Source of the DNA: Promethearchaeota archaeon
GTDB taxonomy: Archaea; Asgardarchaeota; Lokiarchaeia; Sigyniarchaeales; SOKP01
Assembly (NCBI GenBank): GCA_020343655.1
Contig: CP070805.1
Coordinates: 2,086,676 to 2,150,675, forward strand
Direction: 5' to 3'
Length of the DNA stretch: 64,000 nucleotides
Shown here: piece after piece, positions 1-9,768 of the stretch
Layout of the letters: the number at the start of each line of letters is the position of its first letter
How positions within the stretch are numbered: position 1 is the first letter of the stretch
Notes under the pieces: model-generated
Told to the model about the DNA's origin: nothing
Databases searched by the model: none
What the model saw: only the letters and a program-made list of their open reading frames with translations
Position numbers and translations under genes: made by a program

Positions 1-1
1 T

Positions 2-229
2 TCTTTCATGGGAAATATGAAAAAATTAGAAGAAATTGTTGATAAAACCAAAAATTTTTATTTTATTGGAATGAAGACATTAGCGGCGGGAGATATTAGG
101 CCAGATATTGCATTTCAATATATTGCTAATCATAATATATGTGCTGTGACGATAGGAATGGTTTCAAAACAACAAGCAGAAGAATCAACTGAATTTGCCT
201 TGAAGTCTTTGATTAATAAAAAATCGTAA
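2..229 (+). CDS. 3' end of a CDS that starts upstream of the window; product unknown
   Basis: The frame is open from base 2 to the TAA at 227-229. Only about 75 codons are visible and no diagnostic motif was seen. Confidence 0.3.
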   Translation, partial: SFMGNMKKLEEIVDKTKNFYFIGMKTLAAGDIRPDIAFQYIANHNICAVTIGMVSKQQAEESTEFALKSLINKKS

Positions 230-278
230 ATGTTGTTTTTCGGAAAAAAAGAGAGGATTATAGGGGAAAAAATATATA

Positions 279-1961
279 TTAGATTTTTTTAGATTCTTTA
301 AAAATATCAAAAATATCCATTTCATATTCCACAGTATCTTCAGGAAGTAATTGAGGGTCTTTTATAAGTTTTGCTAAGTAATATATTTTTGCTCCTCGTT
401 CAAGGTAATTTAATACTGTCTTTGCCCCTTCAAGATGACTCCCACAACATAAATTTCCATGGTTAGCAAGTAGAACCGCATTTCTTTCTTTTAAAGCATT
501 AATAACGGATTTTGCTAACTCTTCTGAGCCTGCTTCTCCATAATCTGCACATTGAACTTCTCCACCAATATATGGTACTAATTCTTCCATTACTGGTGGT
601 AAAGAGAGATTCAATGCACTCAATACAGTAGAATATATACTGTGAGCATGAATAATTGCGTTCACGTCTTCTCTTTCTTTATATACATTAAGATGCATAT
701 ATTTTTCGACAGAAGGATTCCTTTCGCCTTCAATGACTTTACCTTCCATATCGATGATAAGGATATCTTCTGGTTTCATCTCTGCGTAATTAACATTGCT
801 AGGAGTAATTAAAACATATTCATTTTCATTATCCTTTATTCTTGCACTAACGTTTCCTGCAGAACCTATCACATGTTTCTCCTCTAATAAGATTTTGCAA
901 AGTTCGACAATTTTCTTTTTCAATTTAGTTATTCTAGCACTTTTGATTATTCTTTTTCCTGAAAGTACTTCAGGGTTCATTATATGATTTGGTGTTTTAT
1001 TGTTTAACCATAATTTAATATCATCTAGAAGCATTTTTGATTGACGCTCAATTATCTCATATGTATCCCCTCCTATATGGGGAGAAACAATTGTGTTGGA
1101 TAATTCTAAAAATTCATTATCTTCATCAATAGGTTCTAATGGGAAAACGTCTAGTGCAGCTCCAGCAATCTTTTTTTCTTTTAAGGCTTGTTCTAAGATT
1201 TCATAATCCACTAAACTCCCTTTAGCTGTATTTATTAAGAATGCAGTTTTTTTCATTGAGTTAATGCGATCTCCATTAATAAGATTATCATTTTCATCCG
1301 TTGCAGCTGCGTGAATGGTGATAAAATCAGAATTCCTTACAAGAAAATCGATATCAACAATTTCACCATATTCTTTAGCAATTTCATCAGGGATATATGG
1401 ATCATAAACAAGACAATTAACACCAAAAGGTCTTAATCGATCCACTACTCTTCTCCCAATTTGCCCTAAACCTATAATACCAACTGCTTTTCCTCCCAGT
1501 TCAGTGCCTCTGAATTTTTCAAAATAACCTATCCAATCTTCAAAATCCACAACTTCAAAATCTTCAGAATGAAGGATTCTATCTATTTCTTGTACTTTTC
1601 GAGCAAGCATTAAAATATAACATACTGTTAAATCAGCAACTGCATCAACATTTCTTAATGGAGTATTGAGGACAAGTAAACCTTTTTCTGTTGCAGCTTT
1701 AAGATTAACGTTGAACGGATCTCCCCTGCATGAAATGAGCAGTTTTATATTAGTGAGTTCAAAAAATTCCTTTTTTTTTACATCATCAGTCTCAGTAATA
1801 AAAATATCCACTCCTTCTAGTTTCTGTGCTAACTCTTTTGCATCAAAATAAATCTCTCCGGTTTTAACCCATGGTTCATAGACAACTTCCATTAAAATCT
1901 TTAATTCATTTAGTGCTTCTGGAGTTAAATTTGCTGTGACAAAAGCTTTCATAAACTTCAC
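279..1961 (-). CDS. Fusion protein: D-isomer-specific 2-hydroxyacid dehydrogenase (N-terminal) plus class II aldolase/adducin domain (C-terminal)
   Basis: The N-terminal half has the NAD-binding motif GIIGLGQIGRRV and a DVFPLEP...SPHIGG tail typical of PGDH-like dehydrogenases. The C-terminal ~215 aa has GSAGNVSARI and IHAHS motifs typical of class II aldolases/epimerases. Confidence 0.75.
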   Translation of the reverse strand: MKFMKAFVTANLTPEALNELKILMEVVYEPWVKTGEIYFDAKELAQKLEGVDIFITETDDVKKKEFFELTNIKLLISCRGDPFNVNLKAATEKGLLVLNTPLRNVDAVADLTVCYILMLARKVQEIDRILHSEDFEVVDFEDWIGYFEKFRGTELGGKAVGIIGLGQIGRRVVDRLRPFGVNCLVYDPYIPDEIAKEYGEIVDIDFLVRNSDFITIHAAATDENDNLINGDRINSMKKTAFLINTAKGSLVDYEILEQALKEKKIAGAALDVFPLEPIDEDNEFLELSNTIVSPHIGGDTYEIIERQSKMLLDDIKLWLNNKTPNHIMNPEVLSGKRIIKSARITKLKKKIVELCKILLEEKHVIGSAGNVSARIKDNENEYVLITPSNVNYAEMKPEDILIIDMEGKVIEGERNPSVEKYMHLNVYKEREDVNAIIHAHSIYSTVLSALNLSLPPVMEELVPYIGGEVQCADYGEAGSEELAKSVINALKERNAVLLANHGNLCCGSHLEGAKTVLNYLERGAKIYYLAKLIKDPQLLPEDTVEYEMDIFDIFKESKKI

Positions 1962-1997
1962 TTAATTTGTATCTTCTTATATTAAATATAATAATGT

Positions 1998-2348
1998 TTA
2001 AAACAATAAACTTTTCAGTTTAAGCAAATTGCGAATTTTTCCTTCAACAACTTTTATTTGACCAGAGCTATATGCTTTTACAGCTCCAATTTCCTTATTA
2101 AATAAATCCATAAGAGTTTTTTCGTTTGTAAAATCAATTTTTACTGGTGCCGTATCATCTGCTGTATTGTCTTTTACTTCAATTCCTTGATCTCCGTTTA
2201 CTAAAATCATTATCTTACGTCCAGTATCTAATAAAGTGACTTGAATTGGTTCATTATAGTTTGCTAGTTTTTTTCTAATTTTTTCAGTATTATTGTATCT
2301 ATCTTCGATATCTTTCAAACAACTTGGAATATCTTCAAATCTTGACAT
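1998..2348 (-). CDS. SCP2 (sterol carrier protein 2)-like domain protein
   Basis: 116 aa. The C-terminal pattern LMDLFNKEIGAVKAYSSGQIKVVEGKIRNLLKL resembles the SCP2 GKL..A...GklkieG...kl signature. Confidence 0.55.
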   Translation of the reverse strand: MSRFEDIPSCLKDIEDRYNNTEKIRKKLANYNEPIQVTLLDTGRKIMILVNGDQGIEVKDNTADDTAPVKIDFTNEKTLMDLFNKEIGAVKAYSSGQIKVVEGKIRNLLKLKSLLF

Positions 2349-2557
2349 AAGTTTAATACCTCCATTTTATTAGTAATATTTATTCCTAATTGATAAATAA
2401 GTTTGAAAAGATTTAAAGAATTCCTTGATATATTTTGATTTTATAATAACCATTTTTAACTTCTTATAATTGTTTAATACTAATTACTAATGATTTTAAA
2501 TAAGTATATTTTAATATTAAATAGGAATTTGAATAAAACCTAAGGAACTGTGTTCAA

Positions 2558-3343
2558 TTGGATTTAAATGAACTTCTTATAGAATTTACTAATAAAGGGA
2601 GATACGAAGTCTTTAAAAGCTTATACAAAGAGAAAAAAAGACATAGTGAGTTGGAGAAAGAGTTAAATATACCTGGTCCTGAGATCTCTCGAAATCTTAA
2701 AAGGTTAGTTAAAAAAAAATTAATTTCAAAAACAATCGATAATGAGTATGAAATTACAAGTATAGGAAAAATTCTTTACGAAATTTTAAATATCTTTGAA
2801 TCTACATTAAAATTTGAAGAATTCTTAAATAATCATGATATCAGCTCAATTCCAATCGATCTATTCCTACAATTTGGTAAGCTGAAGAAGGTTAATGTCA
2901 ATAATCAAACAATGAAAAATATACAGAAATGGTCCGATTTAGTTAAAAATTCAGAAAAATATATACTTGCAATTTCTGATCAATTCCAAAACTCCATTCT
3001 ACCTATTGTTGAAAGAAAAATCAACAATCAATCAATTGAAATTAAAGCACTCATAGAAAAAGCAATTCTAATGGATTCTGTAAAAGTTGGAAAACAATTC
3101 AAAGATCGTCATGCATTTTATGATAAAGTTGATGTTTTTCAAAATGTAAGAGTCTTATCTCAAATTGGAATTTCACTTATTGCTTCTGATAAGGGAGCAA
3201 TTGTATTTTTGAGTAAGGGTGGAAAAATTGATTATAGTCAATGTCTAGTAGATAATAGCGAGGCATTTGTTAACTGGACTCGTGAACTTTTTAAATGGTA
3301 TTGGAAAAAGGGAAAAAAACTCAGGCCCTTTTTAAAAAAATAG
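2558..3343 (+). CDS. Winged-helix (ArsR-like) transcriptional regulator with an extended C-terminal domain
   Basis: TTG start. The N-terminal segment RYEVFKSLYKEKKRHSELEKELNIPGPEISRNLKRLVKKKLI is wHTH-like. The size (~260 aa) is typical of archaeal HTH plus DUF1724-type regulators. Confidence 0.5.
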   Translation: MDLNELLIEFTNKGRYEVFKSLYKEKKRHSELEKELNIPGPEISRNLKRLVKKKLISKTIDNEYEITSIGKILYEILNIFESTLKFEEFLNNHDISSIPIDLFLQFGKLKKVNVNNQTMKNIQKWSDLVKNSEKYILAISDQFQNSILPIVERKINNQSIEIKALIEKAILMDSVKVGKQFKDRHAFYDKVDVFQNVRVLSQIGISLIASDKGAIVFLSKGGKIDYSQCLVDNSEAFVNWTRELFKWYWKKGKKLRPFLKK

Positions 3344-3354
3344 AATAATAAGAG

Positions 3355-4860
3355 TTAAAGATCATCAATTTTTTTTTTTAGATTCTTCCATTGTTTGTAG
3401 ATACTCTTATATTCTTCAGAGATTGATCTTTCGATGTTGAATGTATCATATTTCATGAATTCGTTAATAATTGCTTTATAATTGGGATATTGCTTTAAGC
3501 CTAATAAAGTAATAATAGCATTTCCGATAAAGGCGGAGTCTCTAATCAGTGGAACCATTATTTCTTTATCTAAAATATTAGTTAAAATTTCACAAAATTC
3601 TCTTGATTTTGACATACCTCCTGAACAAAATGTTGTTATTTCTGATTGAACGAATTGATGGAGGGCTTGAAAATTTTCATAAATCCCAAAACAAATATTC
3701 TCAATAGCACTTCGAGCAAAATTTTCTAATTTAGGTAATTCTTCTCCAATCATGCTGGGCGGAGGAAAAACAAAAACTCCTCTTTTTATTGATGTTTGAT
3801 CTTTTAATGCCATAAGTTCTGGCCCCAAATATGCAAAAATCGAGCCTGATCCAGGTTTGCCTCTACTTAATAAATTATTCATAATTTCATCTGCATCCCC
3901 CTCAGAACTTGAAATAAACGCATCTTTAAACCAATCATAAACCCTTCCTGTACCTCCTGTATTAGCTTCAATTAACCATTTATCCTTAATCACGTGACAA
4001 TCCGTCCAAAAATTCAGATCAGAGTCTATTATAGGTTTTTCTATAACTAAATGTACCGGTGTAGTTGTTCCTAAACTAATTCCTATATTCCCCTCCTCAA
4101 TTACTCCCATGCCCAATAAATTAGCTTGTGTATCACCGCATCCTTTTAATACAGGAACACTTTTTTGGTTTATACCAAATTTCTTTTTTAGATCTGACTT
4201 TAATTCTCCTACTATAGTACCTGAATCGACAATTTCAGGAAGTATATCATAGTTTATGTTAAATGCTTCAATAATCTCCGAACTCCATCTTTTTTTGCTA
4301 ATATCAAAAAGTTGAGATTCTCCTATAGAAGTATAATCTGTAAAAAATTCTCCAGTAAATTTATAGACAATCCAATCATCTAACATTAACACTTTACCTA
4401 TATTTTCATACTGGTCTTCTTCCTCTTCTTGAAACCATAACAAGCGAGCTAAAGTAAACATTAACGATGGAGTATGGGCAGTTATTTTGAATAATTCCTC
4501 TTCTGAAAATTTATCTTCAATTAGATAAGCTGAATCAATACCTCTAATATCTGTGTTAGGACCTCCATAAATCTCCATTCCTTGTTTATCTAAAAAAACT
4601 GTAGCCATTCTTTGACCACATGAAGATATGCCGATTATGGTTTCAGGTTTATTTTGTTTTATCACATTTTTTATACCTAATTTAATTTTGTTCCACATAT
4701 CATCCATATCAAATCTCTTAGCAAAACCATCAACATCCTCATCAATGATATCATATCCGTGAACTGAGACCGTTTCTAACTCCAACCTATCAGAGATAAT
4801 ACCAACCTTAACTTTTTTAGAAGATATATCGATAGAAAGTATTTTATCTGAATTTCCCAT
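3355..4860 (-). CDS. FGGY-family carbohydrate kinase (xylulo-/ribulokinase-like)
   Basis: 501 aa. It has the N-terminal ILSIDISSKKVKVGI phosphate-1 region, GTTTPV and GGTG motifs, and the C-terminal CSGGMSKS motif characteristic of FGGY kinases. Confidence 0.8.
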   Translation of the reverse strand: MGNSDKILSIDISSKKVKVGIISDRLELETVSVHGYDIIDEDVDGFAKRFDMDDMWNKIKLGIKNVIKQNKPETIIGISSCGQRMATVFLDKQGMEIYGGPNTDIRGIDSAYLIEDKFSEEELFKITAHTPSLMFTLARLLWFQEEEEDQYENIGKVLMLDDWIVYKFTGEFFTDYTSIGESQLFDISKKRWSSEIIEAFNINYDILPEIVDSGTIVGELKSDLKKKFGINQKSVPVLKGCGDTQANLLGMGVIEEGNIGISLGTTTPVHLVIEKPIIDSDLNFWTDCHVIKDKWLIEANTGGTGRVYDWFKDAFISSSEGDADEIMNNLLSRGKPGSGSIFAYLGPELMALKDQTSIKRGVFVFPPPSMIGEELPKLENFARSAIENICFGIYENFQALHQFVQSEITTFCSGGMSKSREFCEILTNILDKEIMVPLIRDSAFIGNAIITLLGLKQYPNYKAIINEFMKYDTFNIERSISEEYKSIYKQWKNLKKKIDDL

Positions 4861-4941
4861 ATATTTTTATTCCATTATATCATTTTAAAATTTTATTTAT
4901 TCATAAAAAAATGTAAATAATGATTAAATAAAAGTAAATTT

Positions 4942-5574
4942 TTATGTAAGATACTTTCTTATAATTTCACCACGCGGTTCTTTTTCCTCAAAAAGAATGG
5001 CTTGAAAAGAATAAATTTTTGTATTTTTATCTTTCCAAGCATTGCTATCTAGCCAAGCTTTTGAACATGTCTGAGAGATAAAAGTTTCAACGTCCCAATT
5101 TCTACCATGTTCCACTGGAACTTGAGGAAGAAGTAAACCTCTCCTCATTCCTTTTTCAGCAATTAGCCCATCTCTTCCAATAACAATTTTATCCACATAT
5201 TGTTTTGGATCATCTACCTCTAATAATTTAGGGGGAGTTAAAATTGATAATTCAATTACTATATTATCCATTTCTTCTATAGAAACAGAAGAAAATCGTG
5301 GATCTTCAATTGCAGAACTTATTGATACCTTATGAATTACATCATATAATGAATAAGTAGGTTCAATATAGCCAATACACCCTCTCAATGGGTTGCCAAT
5401 AACATTATATTTATTTAATGTAACAAAAGCACCATAATTGTCTGAAAATCTCTCTTTTATTACTTCTGGAATGGGTATTCGTCTATTATTTCTTAAAAAA
5501 AATTCAATATTTTCCCGAGCAAATCTTATTAACATTCTACCCTCTTCTAAGCTAAATTCATCTTCATCAGACAT
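4942..5574 (-). CDS. AMMECR1 domain protein
   Basis: Contains the LRGCIGY and GLLLPQV motifs diagnostic of AMMECR1. Length is 210 aa. Confidence 0.85.
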   Translation of the reverse strand: MSDEDEFSLEEGRMLIRFARENIEFFLRNNRRIPIPEVIKERFSDNYGAFVTLNKYNVIGNPLRGCIGYIEPTYSLYDVIHKVSISSAIEDPRFSSVSIEEMDNIVIELSILTPPKLLEVDDPKQYVDKIVIGRDGLIAEKGMRRGLLLPQVPVEHGRNWDVETFISQTCSKAWLDSNAWKDKNTKIYSFQAILFEEKEPRGEIIRKYLT

Positions 5575-5633
5575 TATCTTATTCCTAAAATCGTTTAATT
5601 TATGTATAATTATACTGTTTAAACATTTATACT

Positions 5634-7028
5634 TTATAGCATTCTTCTAATAATTTTTCCATTAGGAATGGAATTATCAACATTGATTTCAATTCCTCTT
5701 AAGAACACTTTCCAAATGTAAACTGTAGTACTGAATTTCTCAAAAGGAGTATATTTTGCTTTAGTTTTAAAATTATGAGGATTAATAATGTATTCTGGGA
5801 TTTTATCAACAATTAATAGGTCAGCATCATACCCTTCTCTAATAAAACCTTTATTTTTTAAACTAAAAATTTCAGCAGGATTTTCAGATGCAGCCCTAAC
5901 AAAATTTTCTAAGGGAAGTTGAAATTTAAACACTTTATAAAGAATTAGTAAAGGATATGTTTCAAAACCTGGGAATCCAGAGGGTGCTTCAGAATATTTT
6001 TGAGATTTTTCATCTAATGTATGTGGTGCGTGATCAGTTCCTATTAGGTTTATACTCCCTTCTTTCAATTCATTAAAGAGAAATCTAGAATGATTATCTT
6101 TTCTTAATGGAGGTAATACTTTGCCAAAATTATCATTGCTTAATAAAATAGTATTTGATAGAAGTAGATGATGTGGGGTTACTTCAAAAGAAATCTTTAG
6201 ATCTTTATTTGAAGTCTGTGCTTTTTTGATTGTAAGATAGCTATCTATGCAGCTTACATGACAAAAATGAATAATTGGATAATCTTTAGGATCTAAAGGT
6301 TTTCCATTAACATATTTTATATAATTTTCTATGACATATTTAACATATTTTTCCTCTGCTTTAACTGGATCTAACCTGTTATGATATTCCAAGATGCTAA
6401 AGTTTTCTAGATTAAACTCTTGGTCAATTTGTTCTTTTTCTAGTTCAGATAAAGGATAAGAGGCATGAATAAATATTGGTGTATGGAATTTAGATGAAAT
6501 ATTAAATAATTTTTGCAGGTTACTTGAATCTTTCCAATTTATTTCATTTAAAGAATTAAGTGGGTAAATTTTAAATCCTAAGATCCCTAAATTAACAATA
6601 TTCTTAATCTCTTCTTCATCAAATCCTTTAGGAACTCCTGCTATGAATCCAACATCCACATAAATATTGTTTTCTGCTTTTTTCATCCATAATTTAATTT
6701 GTTCTGTTGTAATTGCTGGAGGTTTTGTATTTGGCATATTAAACACGGTCGTTATTCCAGAAAAAGCAGCTGCCTTAGTCCCGGTTAAAAATGTTTCTTT
6801 TTCACTTTGATCCATATCTCGCAAATGAGAATGAATATCAATAATACCCGGTAAAATTAGTTTGTTTTGACAATCGATTTCTTTATGATCTTGATTTTTT
6901 TTAGCTAATTTTTTTAAATTTTTTTCTTGAGGATTAAATATAACTGTTTTAATGATATCATTAGCGATGAGAATGGCTCCTTTATGTAATAAACCTTCAG
7001 AATAAATTTTCGCGTTTTTTAAGATCAT
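5634..7028 (-). CDS. pyrC: Dihydroorotase-like cyclic amidohydrolase
   Basis: Has the metal-binding DIHSHLRD (HxH) and GTDHAPH motifs. pyrD and pyrK are also present in the window. Confidence 0.7.
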   Translation of the reverse strand: MILKNAKIYSEGLLHKGAILIANDIIKTVIFNPQEKNLKKLAKKNQDHKEIDCQNKLILPGIIDIHSHLRDMDQSEKETFLTGTKAAAFSGITTVFNMPNTKPPAITTEQIKLWMKKAENNIYVDVGFIAGVPKGFDEEEIKNIVNLGILGFKIYPLNSLNEINWKDSSNLQKLFNISSKFHTPIFIHASYPLSELEKEQIDQEFNLENFSILEYHNRLDPVKAEEKYVKYVIENYIKYVNGKPLDPKDYPIIHFCHVSCIDSYLTIKKAQTSNKDLKISFEVTPHHLLLSNTILLSNDNFGKVLPPLRKDNHSRFLFNELKEGSINLIGTDHAPHTLDEKSQKYSEAPSGFPGFETYPLLILYKVFKFQLPLENFVRAASENPAEIFSLKNKGFIREGYDADLLIVDKIPEYIINPHNFKTKAKYTPFEKFSTTVYIWKVFLRGIEINVDNSIPNGKIIRRML

Positions 7029-7050
7029 ATTATTAATTTTTAGAGCGAAT

Positions 7051-7692
7051 TTATTGTTGATCTTTTCTAAAATTAATATATAAAATTTTATTTTCTACCT
7101 CTTTAATTTTTGAAAGAGATATAGGTTTTATATTTTTCACTTCTTTAAATAATTCTATTATTTTATGTTTATCTCTTGATTTAGAATAAAAAGGAATGAT
7201 AAAAAAATCAACTTCCATGTTTTCAATGAATTCGAAATTGAAATCTTCTACTTTTTCCTCAACATTTTGAGGATGATCTATCATCAGAAAGGTTTTTCCC
7301 TTCCTAAGTGATTTATAGAAAGTTATAAAAGAGGAATCATCAAAAAATTTTCTGAAAAAAATTCCTGGAGTTGATTTCTTCCATTGTTCATTTTCAAGAA
7401 ATGATTCTTTTTTCGTATTGCTCAAAGCTTTCTCCAGAAGTAATGTTTGAGATCTTTCATCAGGGCCTAAATAACGTAATTTAGTACCCTCAAATTTAAT
7501 CAATACATGCTCTTTTTGAAAATATAAATATAAGTTATTTTCTTTTCTAATGGAATAAGATAAACAGAAAGTCTCTCTTATACAATTGCATAGTCTATAT
7601 ACATCAAAAGGAGTTTTTCCTAAGTCAATATCTCTTTTAGAATATTTTGATATATTTTCTATTAATAAAATGAAATTGACCAAAATAATCAA
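7051..7692 (-). CDS. trmY: tRNA (pseudouridine54-N1)-methyltransferase TrmY (SPOUT, DUF358)
   Basis: TTG start. LRYLGPDERSQTLLLEKAL and WKKSTPGIFFRK match the SPDERNIA..IKKAL and W.QSTPGIYVRR blocks I recall from M. jannaschii TrmY. Confidence 0.7.
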   Translation of the reverse strand: MIILVNFILLIENISKYSKRDIDLGKTPFDVYRLCNCIRETFCLSYSIRKENNLYLYFQKEHVLIKFEGTKLRYLGPDERSQTLLLEKALSNTKKESFLENEQWKKSTPGIFFRKFFDDSSFITFYKSLRKGKTFLMIDHPQNVEEKVEDFNFEFIENMEVDFFIIPFYSKSRDKHKIIELFKEVKNIKPISLSKIKEVENKILYINFRKDQQ

Positions 7693-7715
7693 ATAAAATG
7701 TAAATTACTAAATTT

Positions 7716-9089
7716 TTAAAATTTTCCCAACTTCTTCATAAAATCACCTGCGGCTTTACCACCCGGGATTCCAGGCATTCCAGGTATCCCCTTCCCTTTT
7801 TTCTGCATTTGAATGAATCGTTTCATAAATTTCTTCATTTGGTTATATTGATCTAGCATTTTATTAATTACTGAATATTCTACGCCAGAACCAATAGAAA
7901 TTCTTCTTTTTCTAGTTTTTTTAATAATTTTTGGACTCTCTTTTTCCAATTTTGTCATAGAACCAAGAACAACTTCCCATTTTGCGAGATTTGCTTCAGC
8001 ATCTTCTTTTAAAGCGTCTGGAATATTTCCACCACCCATCATTGCTAAAATCTGTTTAAATTTACCAACTTTTTTAATGCTTTTCAATTGTAAATATAAA
8101 TCTTCGAGAGTAAATTTACCATGAACCATTCTTCTTAATGTTTCTGGATCGATATCTATTTCTGCATCTTGTACTTTTTGAACTAATGATTTGATATCGG
8201 GTATACCTAATAGCGATCCTATGAATTTGGTTGGCTCGAATTCCTCGAAATCATCTATTTTTTCCCCAATCCCAATGAATCTAATACCCACATTTGCAGC
8301 AACACAGGCGGATAGAGCACCACCTCCTTTAGCAGTCCCATCTAATTTAGTAACTATTATTGAACCTAAATTGGTTGTCTGTGCAAATGCTTCAGCTTGG
8401 TTAAATGCTTGTTGGCCGAGAGTGCCATCAATAATCAGAATTATTTCGTTTGGTTTTAATTTATCTTCAAGAATTGCCATTTCTTTCATTAATTCTTTTT
8501 CTTCTTTATGTCTACCGGCGGTATCTGCGATAATAATATCAATTCCATCATTTATTGCTCTTTTAGTTTCTTGAATGGCAATCTTGATGGCATTTTTTTC
8601 ATTAGGATTCCCGTAACAATTCACACCTATCTGTTCTGATAATTGGACTAATTGTTCATAAGCTCCAGGCCTCCAAGTGTCAGTTGTCAATGTTGCAACT
8701 TTATAACCTTTACTTTTATAATATTTGGCAATTTTTGCTATTGTTGTAGTTTTTCCAGAGCCTTGGATCCCAACTAATAAAATCACATTCTTTTTTCCAG
8801 GTTTGATTCGGATTGGCGCCGGTTTCCCTCCTAAAAGCTTAATCAGTTCATCATGTACTAATTTTACGACAAAATCTTTTCTTCTTGCCTTCTGAAGTTT
8901 AGTATTCATTGCTTCTTTTCTAATATTTTCTGTCATTTCGAATACAAGCTCCACACGCACATCGCTAGAAAGCAATGCACGTTGAAGATCCTGAATAAGA
9001 GCATTTATTGCATCTTTATCCACTGTTGGTAACCGTCTAATTTTCCGAATTGCATTATCTAAAGATCTACCAAGCTTTTCTAAAACCAT
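7716..9089 (-). CDS. srp54: Signal recognition particle protein SRP54
   Basis: Has the GTPase motifs GIQGSGKTTT, DTAGR and TKLDG, plus a Met-rich C-terminal M domain. Confidence 0.95.
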   Translation of the reverse strand: MVLEKLGRSLDNAIRKIRRLPTVDKDAINALIQDLQRALLSSDVRVELVFEMTENIRKEAMNTKLQKARRKDFVVKLVHDELIKLLGGKPAPIRIKPGKKNVILLVGIQGSGKTTTIAKIAKYYKSKGYKVATLTTDTWRPGAYEQLVQLSEQIGVNCYGNPNEKNAIKIAIQETKRAINDGIDIIIADTAGRHKEEKELMKEMAILEDKLKPNEIILIIDGTLGQQAFNQAEAFAQTTNLGSIIVTKLDGTAKGGGALSACVAANVGIRFIGIGEKIDDFEEFEPTKFIGSLLGIPDIKSLVQKVQDAEIDIDPETLRRMVHGKFTLEDLYLQLKSIKKVGKFKQILAMMGGGNIPDALKEDAEANLAKWEVVLGSMTKLEKESPKIIKKTRKRRISIGSGVEYSVINKMLDQYNQMKKFMKRFIQMQKKGKGIPGMPGIPGGKAAGDFMKKLGKF

Positions 9090-9243
9090 TAAATCCCAGC
9101 TTTTAATTTTTTCAATGTATTTGGAATAATTCTCAAAAACTAATATTTTTTTTTGAAAAAATATAATATATCATAAATTAAAAGAAATGTCAAAATTAAA
9201 AATATTGTGGATAAAAAATAAATAAACTAAGGTGGAAAAGTAA

Positions 9244-9672
9244 TTGTCTATTAGAAGAACAGAGATACAAAAATTAAAAACTGGGCAATATATCATGGTT
9301 GATGAAGAACCATGTGTTATTAAAAGCACCGAAAGATCAAAAAGTGGGAAGCATGGTCATGCTAAAGTAAGAGTTGTATGTGTTGGTGTATTTGATAATA
9401 ATAAACGTTCATTAACATTTCCAAGCGGCTCTATGGTTGATGTCCCAGAAATTAACAAAGGTAATGCACAAATCAATTTTATAGAGGATACTTCAATTAA
9501 TATAATGGACTTAGAATCTTATGAATCATTGGATGTGGATTGGCCGCAAGATGAAGATTTAAAAAATAAATTAAAAGATCTTCAATCTTACCCAGAAAAA
9601 ATATCAAATACTCAAGTAGAATATTGGCAATTAGCCGGAAAAACTCTAATAAATCGGGTATTTAGCAATTAA
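9244..9672 (+). CDS. eif5a: Translation initiation factor 5A (aIF5A)
   Basis: Contains the hypusine-site motif SKSGKHGHAKV. The TTG start is preceded by AAGGTGG about 8 nt upstream. Confidence 0.9.
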   Translation: MSIRRTEIQKLKTGQYIMVDEEPCVIKSTERSKSGKHGHAKVRVVCVGVFDNNKRSLTFPSGSMVDVPEINKGNAQINFIEDTSINIMDLESYESLDVDWPQDEDLKNKLKDLQSYPEKISNTQVEYWQLAGKTLINRVFSN

Positions 9673-9768
9673 GATTCTAATAACAATAATTTTATTTTTC
9701 AATTATGTATTATTTTTTTGGATAATATTAAAATAGAATAATAAATCTTTAAGATAAATTTGAGGGTT

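Noticed and set aside
8191-8574. 127-aa antisense ORF inside SRP54, and similar antisense or shadow ORFs (796..987, 1666..1851, 5438..5650, 10011..10268, 12895..13113, 13077..13301, 13614..13817, 14274..14528, 15587..15811, 16825..17058, 17594..17929, 23740..23982, 25314..25628, 25453..25674, 28720..28947, 30186..30371, 30933..31154, 32459..32641, 33446..33655, 33799..34125, 42522..42824, 43916..44179, 44806..45201, 46976..47278, 50991..51185, 51065..51259, 52987..53175, 53718..53921, 58953..59171, 60826..61086, 60837..61166, 61535..61717, 62631..62828)
   Set aside because: Each lies within or opposite a strongly supported conserved CDS. Each has a low-complexity or compositionally odd translation and no recognisable motif. 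These are typical shadow ORFs.
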